Assembly (NCBI RefSeq): GCF_001194135.2
Contig: NC_068982.1
Location: 33,770,475-33,834,474, forward strand
Origin: Octopus bimaculoides
Taxonomy: Eukaryota
Direction of reading: 5' to 3'
Length of the DNA: 64,000 bases
Shown here: positions 38,897 through 52,500 of the stretch, one piece after another
How positions within the stretch are numbered: the first letter of the stretch is position 1
How the letters are laid out: every line of letters starts with the position of its first letter
Notes under the pieces: model-generated
The model's database searches: none
Told to the model about the DNA's origin: nothing
What the model saw: the letters and a program-made list of their open reading frames with translations, nothing else
Program-made: the position numbers and the translations under genes

Positions 38897-40044
38897 TCTA
38901 TAATAATAAATGTGAAAGCGAATGTCAGTGTGTCGCACTTTTTCAACTTTACTCTTCCGACCCCCTTTCTCGCTATTCAATGACACTTCCACTATTCCTC
39001 ATGCTTTACCCCTCTCTCATTATTCAATGACACTTTCACTATTCCTCATGCTTTACCCCTCTCTCATTATTCAATGACACTTCTACTATTCCTCATGCTT
39101 TACTCCTCTCTCACTATTCAATGACTCTTCTACTATTCTTTATTCTTGGTTTTTTCTTAATCCTAACATTTTGAAAAAAATATTTCTCAAGATATTACAA
39201 CTATTTCCAAAAGTAATTTCCAAAATAAACATTTTGAAAAATATCTTTCTCTAAATATCATAACTGTATCAAGTAATTTAACCATAACACATGCTTCATA
39301 ACGTTCAGTACTGAAATACGTATTGAACTCACTCTCTCATACAATATTACCTCTCATAACTCTCTACCATACAAATGTTGGAAACTTAGTATTTTTTCAG
39401 ATATTAATAAAATTTGTCGGACCAATTTTCATGCTGTTGGAGCTATGAAAACTTAGCGCACTCCGACTGCATGAAAATTAATTTGACTAATTTTATTATC
39501 ATCTTAAAAAATACTAAACTTTCAAACATATTTATGGTCCAATACGTTCAGAGCAATTCGAAACCATAAAAATCGCACTTTAAAATAGTGTTTAGCAACA
39601 GTGGTGTAATTTTCCTTCAAACTACAAACAGGAGTTAAGATATGTACCAGCTACTACAAATAATTGTTTGTATGAAAAGTAAGGCCCTACGTACATCAAA
39701 TTGTCTTTAAATTAAGTGGCAGAATTATCGAACTAGGTCAGTTTATTGTTGCCTATGGCCAACTAAATGTTGGTTGTTCAAGGGTAGGGAATGGAAACAA
39801 GCTATTTGTACTGACTCTGAATGGGAAGACAAAAAACGCTTATCATGCAGCTTTACAAGTTGACAAATTATATCGTTGTTTTGATGAAAATTGTTCATTG
39901 CTTGAAAAATATCGTTCAAATTTAATAAAATTTAATATGTACTCAAAGCATGAAGTGCCATTGTTGGGCCCAAGGCCCAATGAAGAGCCCCACCACCACA
40001 GGAGCTAGCTTAAAATCCACTCTATTAGGCGGCTCTTAAGCTAG
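38897..40044 (+). mobile_element. Internally deleted Helitron
   Basis: Inserted between A (38896) and T (40045). 5' end TCTATAATAATAAATG. 3' end is a decayed hairpin (CCACTCT-ATT-AGGCGG, 40017-40032) followed 8 nt later by CTAG. The + frame from 39751 reads AYGQLNVGCSRVGNGNKLFVLTLNGKTKNAYHAALQ, matching the Helitron PIF1-helicase C-terminus (HGQLYVACSRVG...GKTKNIVY..AL). Confidence 0.85.
38974..39138 (+). repeat. 47-bp minisatellite, about 3.5 copies, inside the Helitron
   Basis: Unit TATTCAATGACACTTCCACTATTCCTCATGCTTTACCCCTCTCTCAT starts at 38974, 39021, 39068 and 39115. Confidence 0.95.
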
Positions 40045-40789
40045 TTCACAATAAGTTGGACATAAAGATTGCCTTTTGGTATTAATACTGCTTCTGTCAN
40101 NNNNNNNNNNNNNNNNNNNNNNNNNNNNNNNNNNNNNNNNNNNNNNNNNNNNNNNNNNNNNNNNNNNNNNNNNNNNNNNNNNNNNNNNNNNNNNNNNNNN
40201 NNNNNNNNNNNNNNNNNNNNNNNNNNNNNNNNNNNNNNNNNNNNNNNNNNNNNNNNNNNNNNNNNNNNNNNNNNNNNNNNNNNNNNNNNNNNNNNNNNNN
40301 NNNNNNNNNNNNNNNNNNNNNNNNNNNNNNNNNNNNNNNNNNNNNNNNNNNNNNNNNNNNNNNNNNNNNNNNNNNNNNNNNNNNNNNNNNNNNNNNNNNN
40401 NNNNNNNNNNNNNNNNNNNNNNNNNNNNNNNNNNNNNNNNNNNNNNNNNNNNNNNNNNNNNNNNNNNNNNNNNNNNNNNNNNNNNNNNNNNNNNNNNNNN
40501 NNNNNNNNNNNNNNNNNNNNNNNNNNNNNNNNNNNNNNNNNNNNNNNNNNNNNNNNNNNNNNNNNNNNNNNNNNNNNNNNNNNNNNNNNNNNNNNNNNNN
40601 NNNNNNNNNNNNNNNNNNNNNNNNNNNNNNNNNNNNNNNNNNNNNNNNNNNNNNNNNNNNNNNNNNNNNNNNNNNNNNNNNNNNNNNNNNNNNNNNNNNN
40701 ATATATATATATATCTATATATATATATATATGTATATGTATATTGCTATCCAGTAGCCCCACCACTCTAGTTTTCACCACTCGCTTCC

Positions 40790-41210
40790 CCTCCCACTTT
40801 CTAATAACACCTCTTTGGCAATATCCTGCCACTTATATTATGACCTTCGAACCTCAAAGGTATGGCCTGGCATTTGCCACCAACTAAATCTCTCTCTGCT
40901 TTTACTCAACCATCCCATTTATATTCTGATCCCTTTTCCTTGTGAGTATGCCCAGCACTTTGCCACCATCTCTATCCTGTTGTCACCCACTCACTCACTC
41001 CTTTCTCCTGCACTTCTCTCAGGTTGGGTAATCATGTATCTCCTTTGCAGTAGCACACCTGTTTCTTCCTCATTCCTGATATCTCTCTCTCCAGCCAGGT
41101 AACCTTGTACCTCCTCTACAACAAGATACCTGTCTCTGTCTCTCTGTCTCACTATAACCTTTCATTATCTGACACAAGATCACCTCCTCCAATGCCTCCT
41201 CCCCCACTCA
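40790..41210 (+). repeat. Unclassified pyrimidine-rich interspersed repeat, copy 2
   Basis: See the copy at 19530-19985. Confidence 0.8.
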
Positions 41211-44195
41211 AAAGATTTTTGTCTTGCAAGTTACTCAGTAACCCATGCCAGCATGGAAGGCAGACATTAAACAATGATGATGATCATGATGATATAAATG
41301 TGCGTGTGTGTGAATTCTAACATATATACAAGGCCACAAATTTGGGACAATGACATAGTGGATATCAAGCTCAGTAAATGACAGATTTGTTTTATTAAAC
41401 CAGATGGTGTAGCGATCTGGTTTCACCAGTCCTCAGTCAAATCGTCCAACCCATGCTAGCATGGAAAGCGGACGTTAAACGACAACGACGACAACGGAAG
41501 GTTGAACTGAGCTCAATGGAATTGAACTCAAGACATAAAGATATATAAGTAAATATGTTTTTTATTCTGAGTTCAAGCCCTCGTGAAGTCAACTTTGCCT
41601 ACAATAAATAGATTAAAATTCAAACTGATTTACATTGCCATTTGTACAACTAGAGCACCATCCGTCAATATAAAACTTCAATAATTCTATGAAAATCAAA
41701 ATTCCAGGTCTTGTGTTCACACAGTTATTTTTGTTGTCTTTTTATAGAGAAGCACTTGTTCACCTGTTGCTAAAAATGTAATTGTGAGCCAACAAAGGAA
41801 GCATTTACATGGTGTCTCAAGTTGCTAGAAATAACAACCAAATCTCCCCTATATTGCATCTTACTGTCTTAAAAAAGAGACACAATGCATAACATAATTT
41901 TAGAGACATTATGACTGAAACAAAACCAAGATATTTAGTCACAGCTTGAATATCTTTGATTATAGGTCAACCTACTTAGGTCTGGGGCCAAATAATTATT
42001 TTTAATACAAACACAAGGTCTGAAAAGTGAGGAAGGGGCAAATCAATTACACTAACCCCAGAACTTAGAAACCATTATTTTATTTTCCAATTTTTTATGT
42101 CCTGAGCTGAAATTGCACCAACGTTAACTTTGCCTTTAATCTTTACAGGGTTGATAAAATAAAGTACCAATCAAGTACTGGGGTCGATGTAATTGACTAA
42201 CCTCCTTGGGCCAAAATTTGAAATAATCATTATTTTTATTACCATATTTTCTGGCATATAAGCTGACAGAGAATGTAATGTAAACATTCAAACATTGTCA
42301 CTATCTTTCCAAATCCTGCTACTTTTCACATAGAATATTTGGTTCTCCAAAATCATTTTGGTGCATAAATCAATCTACCTTTTTTGGATTTAAATTTTAA
42401 AATTCAACTTGTATGCCAAAAAATATATCATTATTATAGGGAATAGTTTATCATTAAACAAAAGACAAATTAAATTTAGGTAAATATAATTTAGAGATGA
42501 TGCTCATTTTGTACTTTATAAGAGAAGCAGAAGCATAAAAAAAAAAAAAAACATCAAGAAATCATAAGAAATATATACATTCAACAAATATTTATTTCTA
42601 TTTCTTATATTTCTTCAAAATCTGTTCTTTGATAGCTAGCATTCACCAAAATAAGCTGTCTGTGGCTTTAAGAACAAACAAATGGTAAGCAACAGCCAGC
42701 CTACAATATGTGTTTTGTAACCTTGACTTAGTTCACTTCTCAAAATGTCATCAAAAATAGAAACCAGATTTAGACGTGTCATTATTTTATTGTACATCCA
42801 AGGCTACACAAGAAATCTTATTAAATATATAAGACTCTAGTGATCCCCCCAACAGTTTAGCAATTAACTTTGCTTTACTAAAAAAAAAAAAGAAAACAGA
42901 AAGAAAGTGAAATGATCAAATAACCTAACAGACATTTCTTGAAATATAAGAGGCAAAAAATATAAATATAATTTTTTTTCCTTTCTCACCCTTACTTAAT
43001 CTCAAAGTTCATAGAACTACATATAAATGTCACAGTTTGAATCAAATGAAAGTTAAAGGACAGAGGAACAAATAAAGTCCAATAAAAAAGAAAAACCTAC
43101 AGTTATTACATCCTAACAGTAGTGAATACATGCTTATAATGACATCGTTTATGGTTAATTTTAATTATGAACATTCATTAATGAACAATTAAGGACCTTG
43201 TCCAAATGACTTTAGTTTATGATATACTTCAGTGTCACTTAAGTCTATCATCAAACTAAATACCATTCTACTTCTTTAGAATTAACAATTGTTATTAAGC
43301 CCGTTTTGAATAGATTCAATTTCAGACAGAGACTAATTCTGTCAAGATAATATCAACACACAAAGCTAGTTAACAATGAAGGCACATAATATATATTTCA
43401 CCTGTTATTTGTACACCTGGAATAGTTATTCACTCACTCCACACATTCTAGAAAGCATTAAAGAAAGCATTAAAGAAAAAGCTAACTGGCTGATAGGTAA
43501 GTTTTCTCTCATGGAAGCAGTTTACTCTATGCCCCTCCAGCCCCTATTTCCAACACTTTTGTTCCTCTGTACTTGGTATTTTTATAAGTGGAAAATTATC
43601 AGAATCATAGTATGACTGAAAAGTTCACTTCTCTACCACACAGTTCCACTGCATGGTACCTTGAACAAGTGTATTTTGCTATAACATCAGACTGACCAAA
43701 GCTTTGTGAGTAGATTTAATCAATCAAAACTAAAAGAAGCCCAACATATGTGCATATGTTTATGATGTACTTCTTTATGATATACATTCTTTGTATGTAT
43801 GTATTTACGCATGTATATTTCTTTGAATAAGCTCATATTTCCCTCCTGTTCACTAGTTAGTAAACAATGGCTTCTTGATGGTATCATATACTCACAGTCT
43901 ACCATGACACCAATTCCTGGTTTCTTGACATGTTGCCTAATCTTTCTAAACAATTATTGATAGCTCCAGTTTCCTGTAGCTACTGAAATTGTTGAGTATA
44001 TAAACAGAATGGCAGCCTGTTTCTCTAGGATTGGTAAAACTGGTGTTGACTCATCTGATGAGAATCCAATAAGATTGAAAAGTCAATTAAGGTTGTTCAT
44101 CATTTTCTCAGTCTATGGAGAATAGCTAAATTAGCCGTTCATAAATCTACTATATTGGTTTTATATATATAGGCGCAGGCATAGAAGCATGGATA

Positions 44196-44755
44196 GGTGC
44201 AGGCATGACTGTGTGGTAAGAAGCTTGCTTCCAAACCACATGGTTCTGGGTTCAGTTTCATTGATTGGCACCTTGGGCAAATGTCTTCTACTACAGCCTT
44301 GGGCCAGCCAAAGTCTTGTGAGTGAATTTGGTAGATGGAAACTGAAAGAAGTCTGTCGTGTATATATATATATATATATATTGGACTGGCCCCCATGTTG
44401 GTGGCACATAAAAAGCACTCATTAAACTCTCAGAGTGGTTGGCATTAGGAAGGGCAACCAGCTGTAGAAACCTTGCCAGATCAGATAGGGGCCTGGTGCA
44501 GCCTCTTGACTTGCTAGTCCTCAGTCAAATCATCCAACTTGTGCTAGCATGGAAAGTAGACGATGATGATAATATATGTGTATGTTTGTCCCCACTCCTC
44601 GACAATCAGTGTTGGTGTGTTTGAGTTCCCAGTAACCTAGTAGTGTGGCAAAAAGAAAGAAAAAAGTACTGGGATTGATTAATTCTACTAAAAGTTCTTT
44701 AAGGCAATACTCCAACATGGCTGTAGTCTAATGACTGAAACAAGCAAAAGATATA
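44196..44755 (+). mobile_element. SINE family A split by a nested RTE-3'-end insertion
   Basis: A head 44196-44360, (TA)n, RTE tail element 44385-44570, then the A 3' half 44575-44755. Confidence 0.8.
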
Positions 44756-44758
44756 CAA

Positions 44759-44813
<55 letters not shown>

Positions 44814-44977
44814 CACAGGTCATATTGGCAGATGGAAATTTCATCAGCACCAGCAGATAGGACTGTTGTACATATGATTTCATTGTGAACTGTAAATCAT
44901 TAGCAACAGATACCCAAGAACCAAATGCCAGATCAAAAATCTGAAAAGCACAAACTACATGCTAGTTTTATCTTTTA

Positions 44978-45666
44978 AGCCTCTCCCTCAGAGTGAAAGG
45001 CAGATTGTACGATGCCTGTGTACAAACAGCTATGCTGCATGGCAATGAGACATGGGCTGTGACTACTGAGGATATGTGAAGACTTGAAAGAAATGAAGCC
45101 AGTATGCTTCGCTGGATGGGTAAAGTCAGTTTGCATATTTGGCAGAGTGTAAGTGATTTGATAGAAAAACTGAGTATACGTAGCATCAGATGTAGTGTGC
45201 AAGAGAGAAGACTGCACTAGTATGGCCATGGAATGTGTATGAATAAAGACAGTTGCATCAAGAGGTAAAGGGAACACGTGGAAGGGGTAGACCCAGGAAG
45301 ACATGGGACGAAGTGGTAAGAAAGGATCTACAGACATTGGGACTCACAGAAGAGATGACAGGGGAACAAGACTCCTGGCAGTTTGCTGTGCTTGGAATGA
45401 CATGTCAAGCTAAATAAAAGCATGGTTAGGCTCGTTCCCTGCAACCCTCTCCAGCTGAGCATCCCTAATCTCGCAGGCTCATAGGTGCTGGTGCCACATA
45501 AAAGCATCCAATGCACTCAGTGGTTGGCATTAGGAAGGGCACCCAGCCATAGAATCCACGCCAAAACAGACAGGGAGCCTGAACAGCTCTTCAGCTAGTC
45601 AGCTCCTGCCAAACCAGCCAACACATGCCAGTATGGAAAACAACTGTTAAATGATGATGATGATGA
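44978..45666 (+). mobile_element. 5'-truncated RTE LINE, older copy
   Basis: LRVKGRLYDACVQTAMLHGNETWAVT...LERNEASMLRWM..., RGRPRKTWDEVVRKDLQTLGLTEEMT, followed by the GGAAGGGCA..CAGC 3' UTR motif and (GAT)n tail. Confidence 0.9.
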
Positions 45667-48054
45667 ATGCTTGGATCAGTGAAATTCATTGGTCCAGCAA
45701 TGAATTTAGAGCTTCATGGTCTTCTCTTGACCCCTTTTGTTATCATATTTCTGCTGAAATACACTGCCCTTATTTAATAAAATAATTTTTTTCTTTTGGC
45801 ATTATTAATCTGAGCAAGCTGGCAAAATCATCAGCACACTGAGCAAAATGTTTAGTGGTATTTCGCTCGTCATTACATTCTGAGTTCAAACGCCACTGGG
45901 ATTGACTTTGCCTTTCATCTTTTTGGGGGTCAATAAAATAAGTACCAGTTGAACACTGGGATCGGATGAAATTGACTAAGCCCCCACCCCATTTCAGGCC
46001 TTGTGCCTATAGTAGAAAGGATTATTAATCTGATGTTTGAAATATAGATTAACATGAGATTCTGATGGGAAGTTTTCATTTAAATCATTTTAAAACAAGA
46101 AATATGTGTCGTAGAACTAGGATAGTTTCAGATGGGTTGGTGTCAAAAGGGTCAATGATGTGGCTGGTGCTGATGCAAGCTATTGACATTTTATAGAAAA
46201 TAAAGGCAATGGGATTGGTACTTTAGTAGTGATGACATTATCACTTGGTTTAAATTTTTACTACTGGCTGGTTTATTTTTCATATATTTATCTAATTAAT
46301 AAACATTTATGCACAACACATCTGGTAGAAAGCCTAAGATAAATTTTACCATTTAACATTTAAATCAGCTATATCAAGCCCAAAATTTTCTGTTTGTTTT
46401 ATGTTGAAATTGGCCAGCTCCAGCCACTCAGCCCTACTTGACAATGTCATTCTACAAATAAACAATTACATCATCAAAGTCTCAAAGCTATGAGACAATC
46501 CATTATTAATTCAAATTTAAATATTATATTTGAGGAGTTAAAGTAATAGCTTTTAAGTCTGTTACTATATGACTTTATATAGGTGCAAATATATCCTGTT
46601 TATATGCAGGAAAATACAAAGAGTAATGAGAATCATTCATATTTATTTATTTAAAGTTTTACAGCAAAAGACTTAAAAACTGTAGTTTAACTCAATTAGA
46701 TTTATATATTTTACAGTTCCGATGCATATTTAAGTAGTTTGCTTCCCAACCATATGGTTTTAGCTTCAATCCCACTGTGTGGTATATTGGATAAATATCT
46801 GTTATAGCTTCTCGTGAATGGATTTCGGAGACTGAAAGAAACCTATCGCGTGCACACGCATACATGCATGTCTGTGTATACATATGTTTATCATGACATC
46901 ATACAACAGTTTTGAACAATCATCATTGTCATACATGTAGTCATTTGTTTCCAGTCTCCTATGAAAACCTGCCAAGTCACAGAGAAATATTACCTTGCTT
47001 GGAAACAAATGAGGATTAATGACAGGAACAACATCTAACCACAGAAAATCTGCCTCAACAAATTCTGGCATGTAAGCATGAAAGGTGGACATTAATAATG
47101 TTTTCTACTCAAGGCCTGAAATTTTGGAGGAGGGGACTAATCAATTAGATCGACCCCAGTACGCAACTGGCATTTAATTTATCAACCTTGAAAGGATGAA
47201 AGGCAAAGTCAACCTCAGCAGAAGGTGGACATTGATAATGCTGAGGATATTCTATTGCATGTTCTGCCATATAACGAATCATAATCACCATCATTTTAGC
47301 ATCCACTTTTCCATGCTTGCATGGATCAAATGGAATTTGTTGAGGTAGTTTTTCTACAGCTAGAAGCCATTACTGTAGCCAACACTCGCTTGTTTCCAAG
47401 TGATATAAATGTTAAAACATTAACTCATAAAAAAAAATAGAACACATGCTAACTGACCACAGAAAGCAATGTATACAGATTATATGTAATGGAACATGTA
47501 GTATATACAGAGAGGTTGTATACTGAATGAAACTGGTGCATACTGATAGTGCAGTGTATAAGCACTTGAAGTAAACAGAAGAATAAGTTGTTAAAGATTA
47601 GACAAGATAAATATTGGACTTCACGATTGAGATAATACAAGATCAAGACACAGTGAGATACTGTGTAGCATTATTGTCCAGCCCATATTAGAATAGAAAA
47701 ACTGATGAGATGACAACAAAGATGATTACAACTGTGCACTAAAACAAACTTTAATACATGTAGTAATAAAATTTATCATTCTATAAATGTATGTGCAGGA
47801 ATAAACGTAAACACATCTTTCTTTTTATTCCACTACCTTTTAATAAAAAGGACTATTATTTCTTGTTTAATTGAACAAATCGATCCCAGTACTTATTTTT
47901 TAAAGCCTGGTACTTATTCCATCTGCCTCTTTTGCTGAACCACTAAATTATGGGGATGTAAACAAACCAACACCAGTTGCCAAGGACAAACACAGACGTA
48001 ACTATATACATCATCGTTTAACGTCGGCCCTCCATGCTGGCATGGGTGGAACAT

Positions 48055-48085
<31 letters not shown>

Positions 48086-48719
48086 CGTACGTGTGTGTGT
48101 GTATGAGACAGGCTTCTTTCATTCTCCATCTACCAAATCCTACTTACAAGGCTTTGGTGGGTCTGGGACTATAGTAGATGGTACCTGCCCAAGATCAAGA
48201 CACTGTATGACATTCCTGTTTACACATATTAACACAGAAAAACTTATGCTCATCATAAAGTATTGAGTACATTATCTACAACATTCTCTGCGCCTATCAA
48301 AAAAAAAACATTCACACATAATGAGTATCACCATCATAATTTAATATTTATCTGCTATGTGTTAGACAAGCTGGCATGGACTAAACAACACACACACACA
48401 CACACACGTATGTGTAATCTTTCTTACCTAATATATAAAAGTAGCAGCAATCTATCAGCAAACAGTTATAGGTTTTTTATATGGTGCTTGTATGGAATGC
48501 CCACACTACTACCCTACTCATTTGACAACGCTATACAGACAGTATATATTGGGAAAGTGAATACCATGGAAGATAGATCATAATTCATTCTTTGACTTTA
48601 CGTAGTCATACGACCTACAAGAAATAGCAATCAAATCTTCTTCAACCCACCACACTACTATCTTTTAAAAAATGTAACTCCCTGCGTATTTTGACCTGTC
48701 TTTGTAATGTCCCTGTGAC

Positions 48720-48752
<33 letters not shown>

Positions 48753-50011
48753 AGGCCCCGAACTGGTAGAGCCGTTAAGTATGCCGGACAAAATGCTGAG
48801 CGGAATTTCTACTGGCACTTCACGTGCTAAAGCTCAAATTCCGCCGAGGTCTACTTTCATCTTTTCTAGGTTGATGAAATAAGTACCAGTTGAGCACAGG
48901 GGTCGATGTAATTCACTAACGCCTGCCTCAAAATTTCAATGTCCTATTCTTGCCGCCTGCTGATTTCTCTCGATTTCTCGTGAGGTACGAAAAATAATAA
49001 ATAAGTTCTTTTGTATTTCGTTAGTCGTAACAGTCAACAACAATTGCCAACTAACAATCATAATTAGTACTATCAACAATAATTCCACAGGGTATTGTTG
49101 TTTAGCTCTAAGATCAGCCCTGATCGAGTAACCACCTATTATTAACAAAGAGCTCCAGCTGTCACTATCCAATTATTGGTAATTCTTCACTGGACTGCAG
49201 CCACGCTGGGCACCGCCTTGGAAGATTGTAATCGAAGTACTTGTTTTTTTTTAATGCCCGGTACTTATTCTATCGGTGTCTTTTTGCCGAAGTGCTAGAA
49301 TACGGGGGACGTAACCAAACCAACACCAATTGTCAAGCGCGGTGGGGGGTAAACAAACATTATATATGGCGGGCTTCTTACAGTTTCCTTCAACCAAATC
49401 TACTTACGTCGGCCCGAGGCTATAATAGAAGCCACTTACTCAAGATGTAACGCACTGGGGACTGAACCCAGAACCATGTGGTTGGATGGCAAAGTACTTA
49501 GCACATAGACACATACATGAAAAATAATTGGAACTGCATTGTTTCGCGTATCCTTTCTTATATAAAGATAGTAGGTAGTGATCTGGAGAAGATTTGACTG
49601 TTGTTTTTAGCAGGGCAATTGGTCGCGTTGATGGTATTACAACATTAAGCAGACTTTGCATCTGTAATGCTTAAAAACTTGGACATTTTTGTTTACCCTC
49701 AAGTCAGCCCTTACCAAGGACACATACGATAAAAGGAGTTCCGGTTGTGATCATCCCAAATTTGAGACAGTAGTATCTCCAACTGATTGTGGGTCTTTAT
49801 CTTTTCCGCTCCCCTTTTTAATGTTAATGATAGTGTATGATTTGAAGATTTAACTGCTATTTCTAATAGGTCGCGCGACAACGTACATGTTCTGTCGTGA
49901 CTGTAGATATGAAATAATATTTCTTTTCAAAGCATAAGCCGTGTTTATTACTGGTACTAATATGTTACGACGATCCCGCCAAAGCCACTTTGACGATACA
50001 CACAAAAATGT

Positions 50012-50113
<102 letters not shown>

Positions 50114-50921
50114 GGGACAGAGTCAGGGGTGGAGAACGAGATAATAAAGTACCAATCAAGCACCCTCCGACCCGAGGTCAATTATATCGATAAACACCCT
50201 CGCCTTAAAATTGCCTAAATCAGATACCATTAACGACGACAGATTAGCAGAATCGTTAGGCATCGAAGAAAATGCCTTTAAGTTCTGAGTTCAAATCCTA
50301 CCGCGGTCACTCTGACTCTCATACCTCTGGGATCAATAAAATATAGGAACAATTAAAAAGTGGGTCGATATAATTGACTAACTTCACCCACTCCTCTGGT
50401 ATTGTTGTTGATGATGATTAATCTCATAACATCAGATACCGATGTAAATATTGGATGGAATGTATTGAAATCCGGTTCGTTATAATTTATATCAAATCTA
50501 AGCGAACTGGCAATATAATAATTATAAATGGTCGGGGTGAAACAATGGAAAGTCTTTTTGTTTTCTTTTGTTTTGTGTTTAACAAGTTACAGTTGCACTT
50601 TAGCCCCACACCACCCTTGAACCAGTCTTATCATTAAAGGCAGTCCAGTCGAAACCAACGCTTTTTTTATCACTAATTTAGGACGTAATAAATATATATT
50701 GGTGATTTAGGACTACATAAGCCAATGTGCCCTTCCCTTTATCTTTTTTTTTTTTTTTTAGCTGTGTCACTTGAGATTTGGATGCTATTTATGTCCACAT
50801 ACAGGATTAAGGTTTAAACTTGGTTTCCTTACAAGTACATTACCCAAGAAAAGTAGTTTTAGCTGGAATTTGAAACAAGATCGAAGAGTAATTTATCTAT
50901 TTTGACCTGCAAAAAAATACG

Positions 50922-50956
<35 letters not shown>

Positions 50957-51290
50957 CAATGTATATTGTATATTTCGGAATGATGAAGGATATCAAGTCG
51001 GTCCTTCAAGGATTTCTATTTAAGAAGGAAACACTGAACTCGTACAACCGACTGCACTGTTTGCGCCAACTTCGCCGAGAAAGTATATATATGACTGTAA
51101 CAGTAGCAGCATCATTCCATTCAATTATATCAGCCTGTTGATGTTGAATCACGTACCAATCTTTGGTATGCGTGTTTTTTAATTGTTATTTATATATTTA
51201 GGTTTCTGTTCAAAGTGAAGTTAATGGAAACAATGGTTATTTATTCTATACTGTTGCATAACAAATAAATATGTAGTTATCAGTTCATAC

Positions 51291-51351
51291 TTGATAGTCA
51301 ACAGAGCGAAAAATGTGCCGCCAGGTCGATAAAATACTAACCAATTTATAT
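51291..51351 (-). other. Possible 61-nt exon (UTR or coding)
   Basis: Acceptor GTTTCCTTTTATCGTCAG| and donor CAA|GTATGA. Two frames are open (YKLVSILSTWRHIFRSVDYQ and INWLVFYRPGGTFFALLTI). No ATG. The product is not recognised. Confidence 0.3.
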
Positions 51352-52271
51352 CTGACGATAAAAGGAAACACATGAATTGATAATTTGTCATCAAAGCAGT
51401 GACGGGTTCAATAAATTGCATCTATTTGTTTTTCTCTAATCACCACCACCACTACTTTTAACATTCATCTTTCTGAAGTAACTTTCAGATATATCAAAAA
51501 GATAATTATTTTATTTCCTTGCTTTTTTTTTTTACGCAAATCAAAATTGTCTAAACTGCACAGTTCAAAAGTTATGCAGAGAAACAAAATCTATAATTGG
51601 AGGCAAAGTACTCGTTAAAGCTACGAGTTTCTTTAGTGGAAGCGGAGATGTGGAATCATCTTCGATCAACTTGTTCCATTAACTCTGTTCCTGTCAATAA
51701 CAACACGAACTAACAACCACTTGCTTAATCATACACGCATAGACATGCCAAAAACCCATACACAAAAGTGTGCATAAGACAGGAAAATATTCCGTGTGAA
51801 ATTTTAGTAGTTTATAAATGATATCGAGTCAAGGACAAACTAACAAAGGAAAATAAATAAGTAGATGAAATTTTTACGATTATCTTTAAAATAGCGAGTG
51901 TGCTAGTTTTTGGAAAGAGATCGCATACATATACAAACAGCACACGTAAAACAAAGTTTTGTCTATTATATATAATTAATTACTGTTCATAATTAAGCAA
52001 GTTTTGAATAAGCCACACATACACACAAAAATATTAGATAGATGGTTAGGTTGTTATTTAAGAAGTTGACACATGTGATTCTACATGCAACTGTTTATCA
52101 TGTTTACATCTAACAATGGAATATATTTTTAATCAACACAAATTTCAAAATTTATAAAATCAAAACTTGTAACCAATTACCCGCAAAGACTTGATTTAAC
52201 ATGAAAAAAAAAAAAAAGAGGTAAAAAAAAAATAGTTAAGCGTGGTAAAAAGTATCTTGTAGACAACTCAC

Positions 52272-52500
52272 GTTTTTAGAAAGAATATTGTAGATCCCTT
52301 TAAAGTAATCACATATCCGTTGATTTGTTGTTTGTTTACTTCCGACCGTCTATAATTTCAAATCATTTGATATGTATAGTGCATTAAGGCTGAGCGAATT
52401 TACTCCTAGACTGAAAACAACAGATTCTACAATAGTAGTAGCGGTCGTCGAAATGTTTAAAGGAAAAAGAAGGCCGAACGAAGTTAAGTCTAAAGTGTCT
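52272..52500 (-). other. Possible non-coding first exon of a minus-strand gene (5' boundary is a guess)
   Basis: Donor AAAAC|GTGAGT at 52272/52271 on the minus strand, just downstream of the candidate promoter. No ATG-initiated frame reaches the donor. Confidence 0.3.

Noticed and set aside
40041-40887. ORFs of 231-272 aa
   Set aside because: Almost entirely N gap.
44046-44100. Third hammerhead-like string CTGATGA-GAATC-CAATAA-GATT-GAAA-AGTC
   Set aside because: Stem II lacks the partner for G10.1, stem III would need GAAACGTC (it reads GAAAAGTC), and stem I does not pair. At best a dead relic.
49716-49860. Open minus frame ending at a strong GTAAGG donor
   Set aside because: It overlaps a member of the dispersed repeat family also seen at 36590-36830, so it is probably fortuitous.
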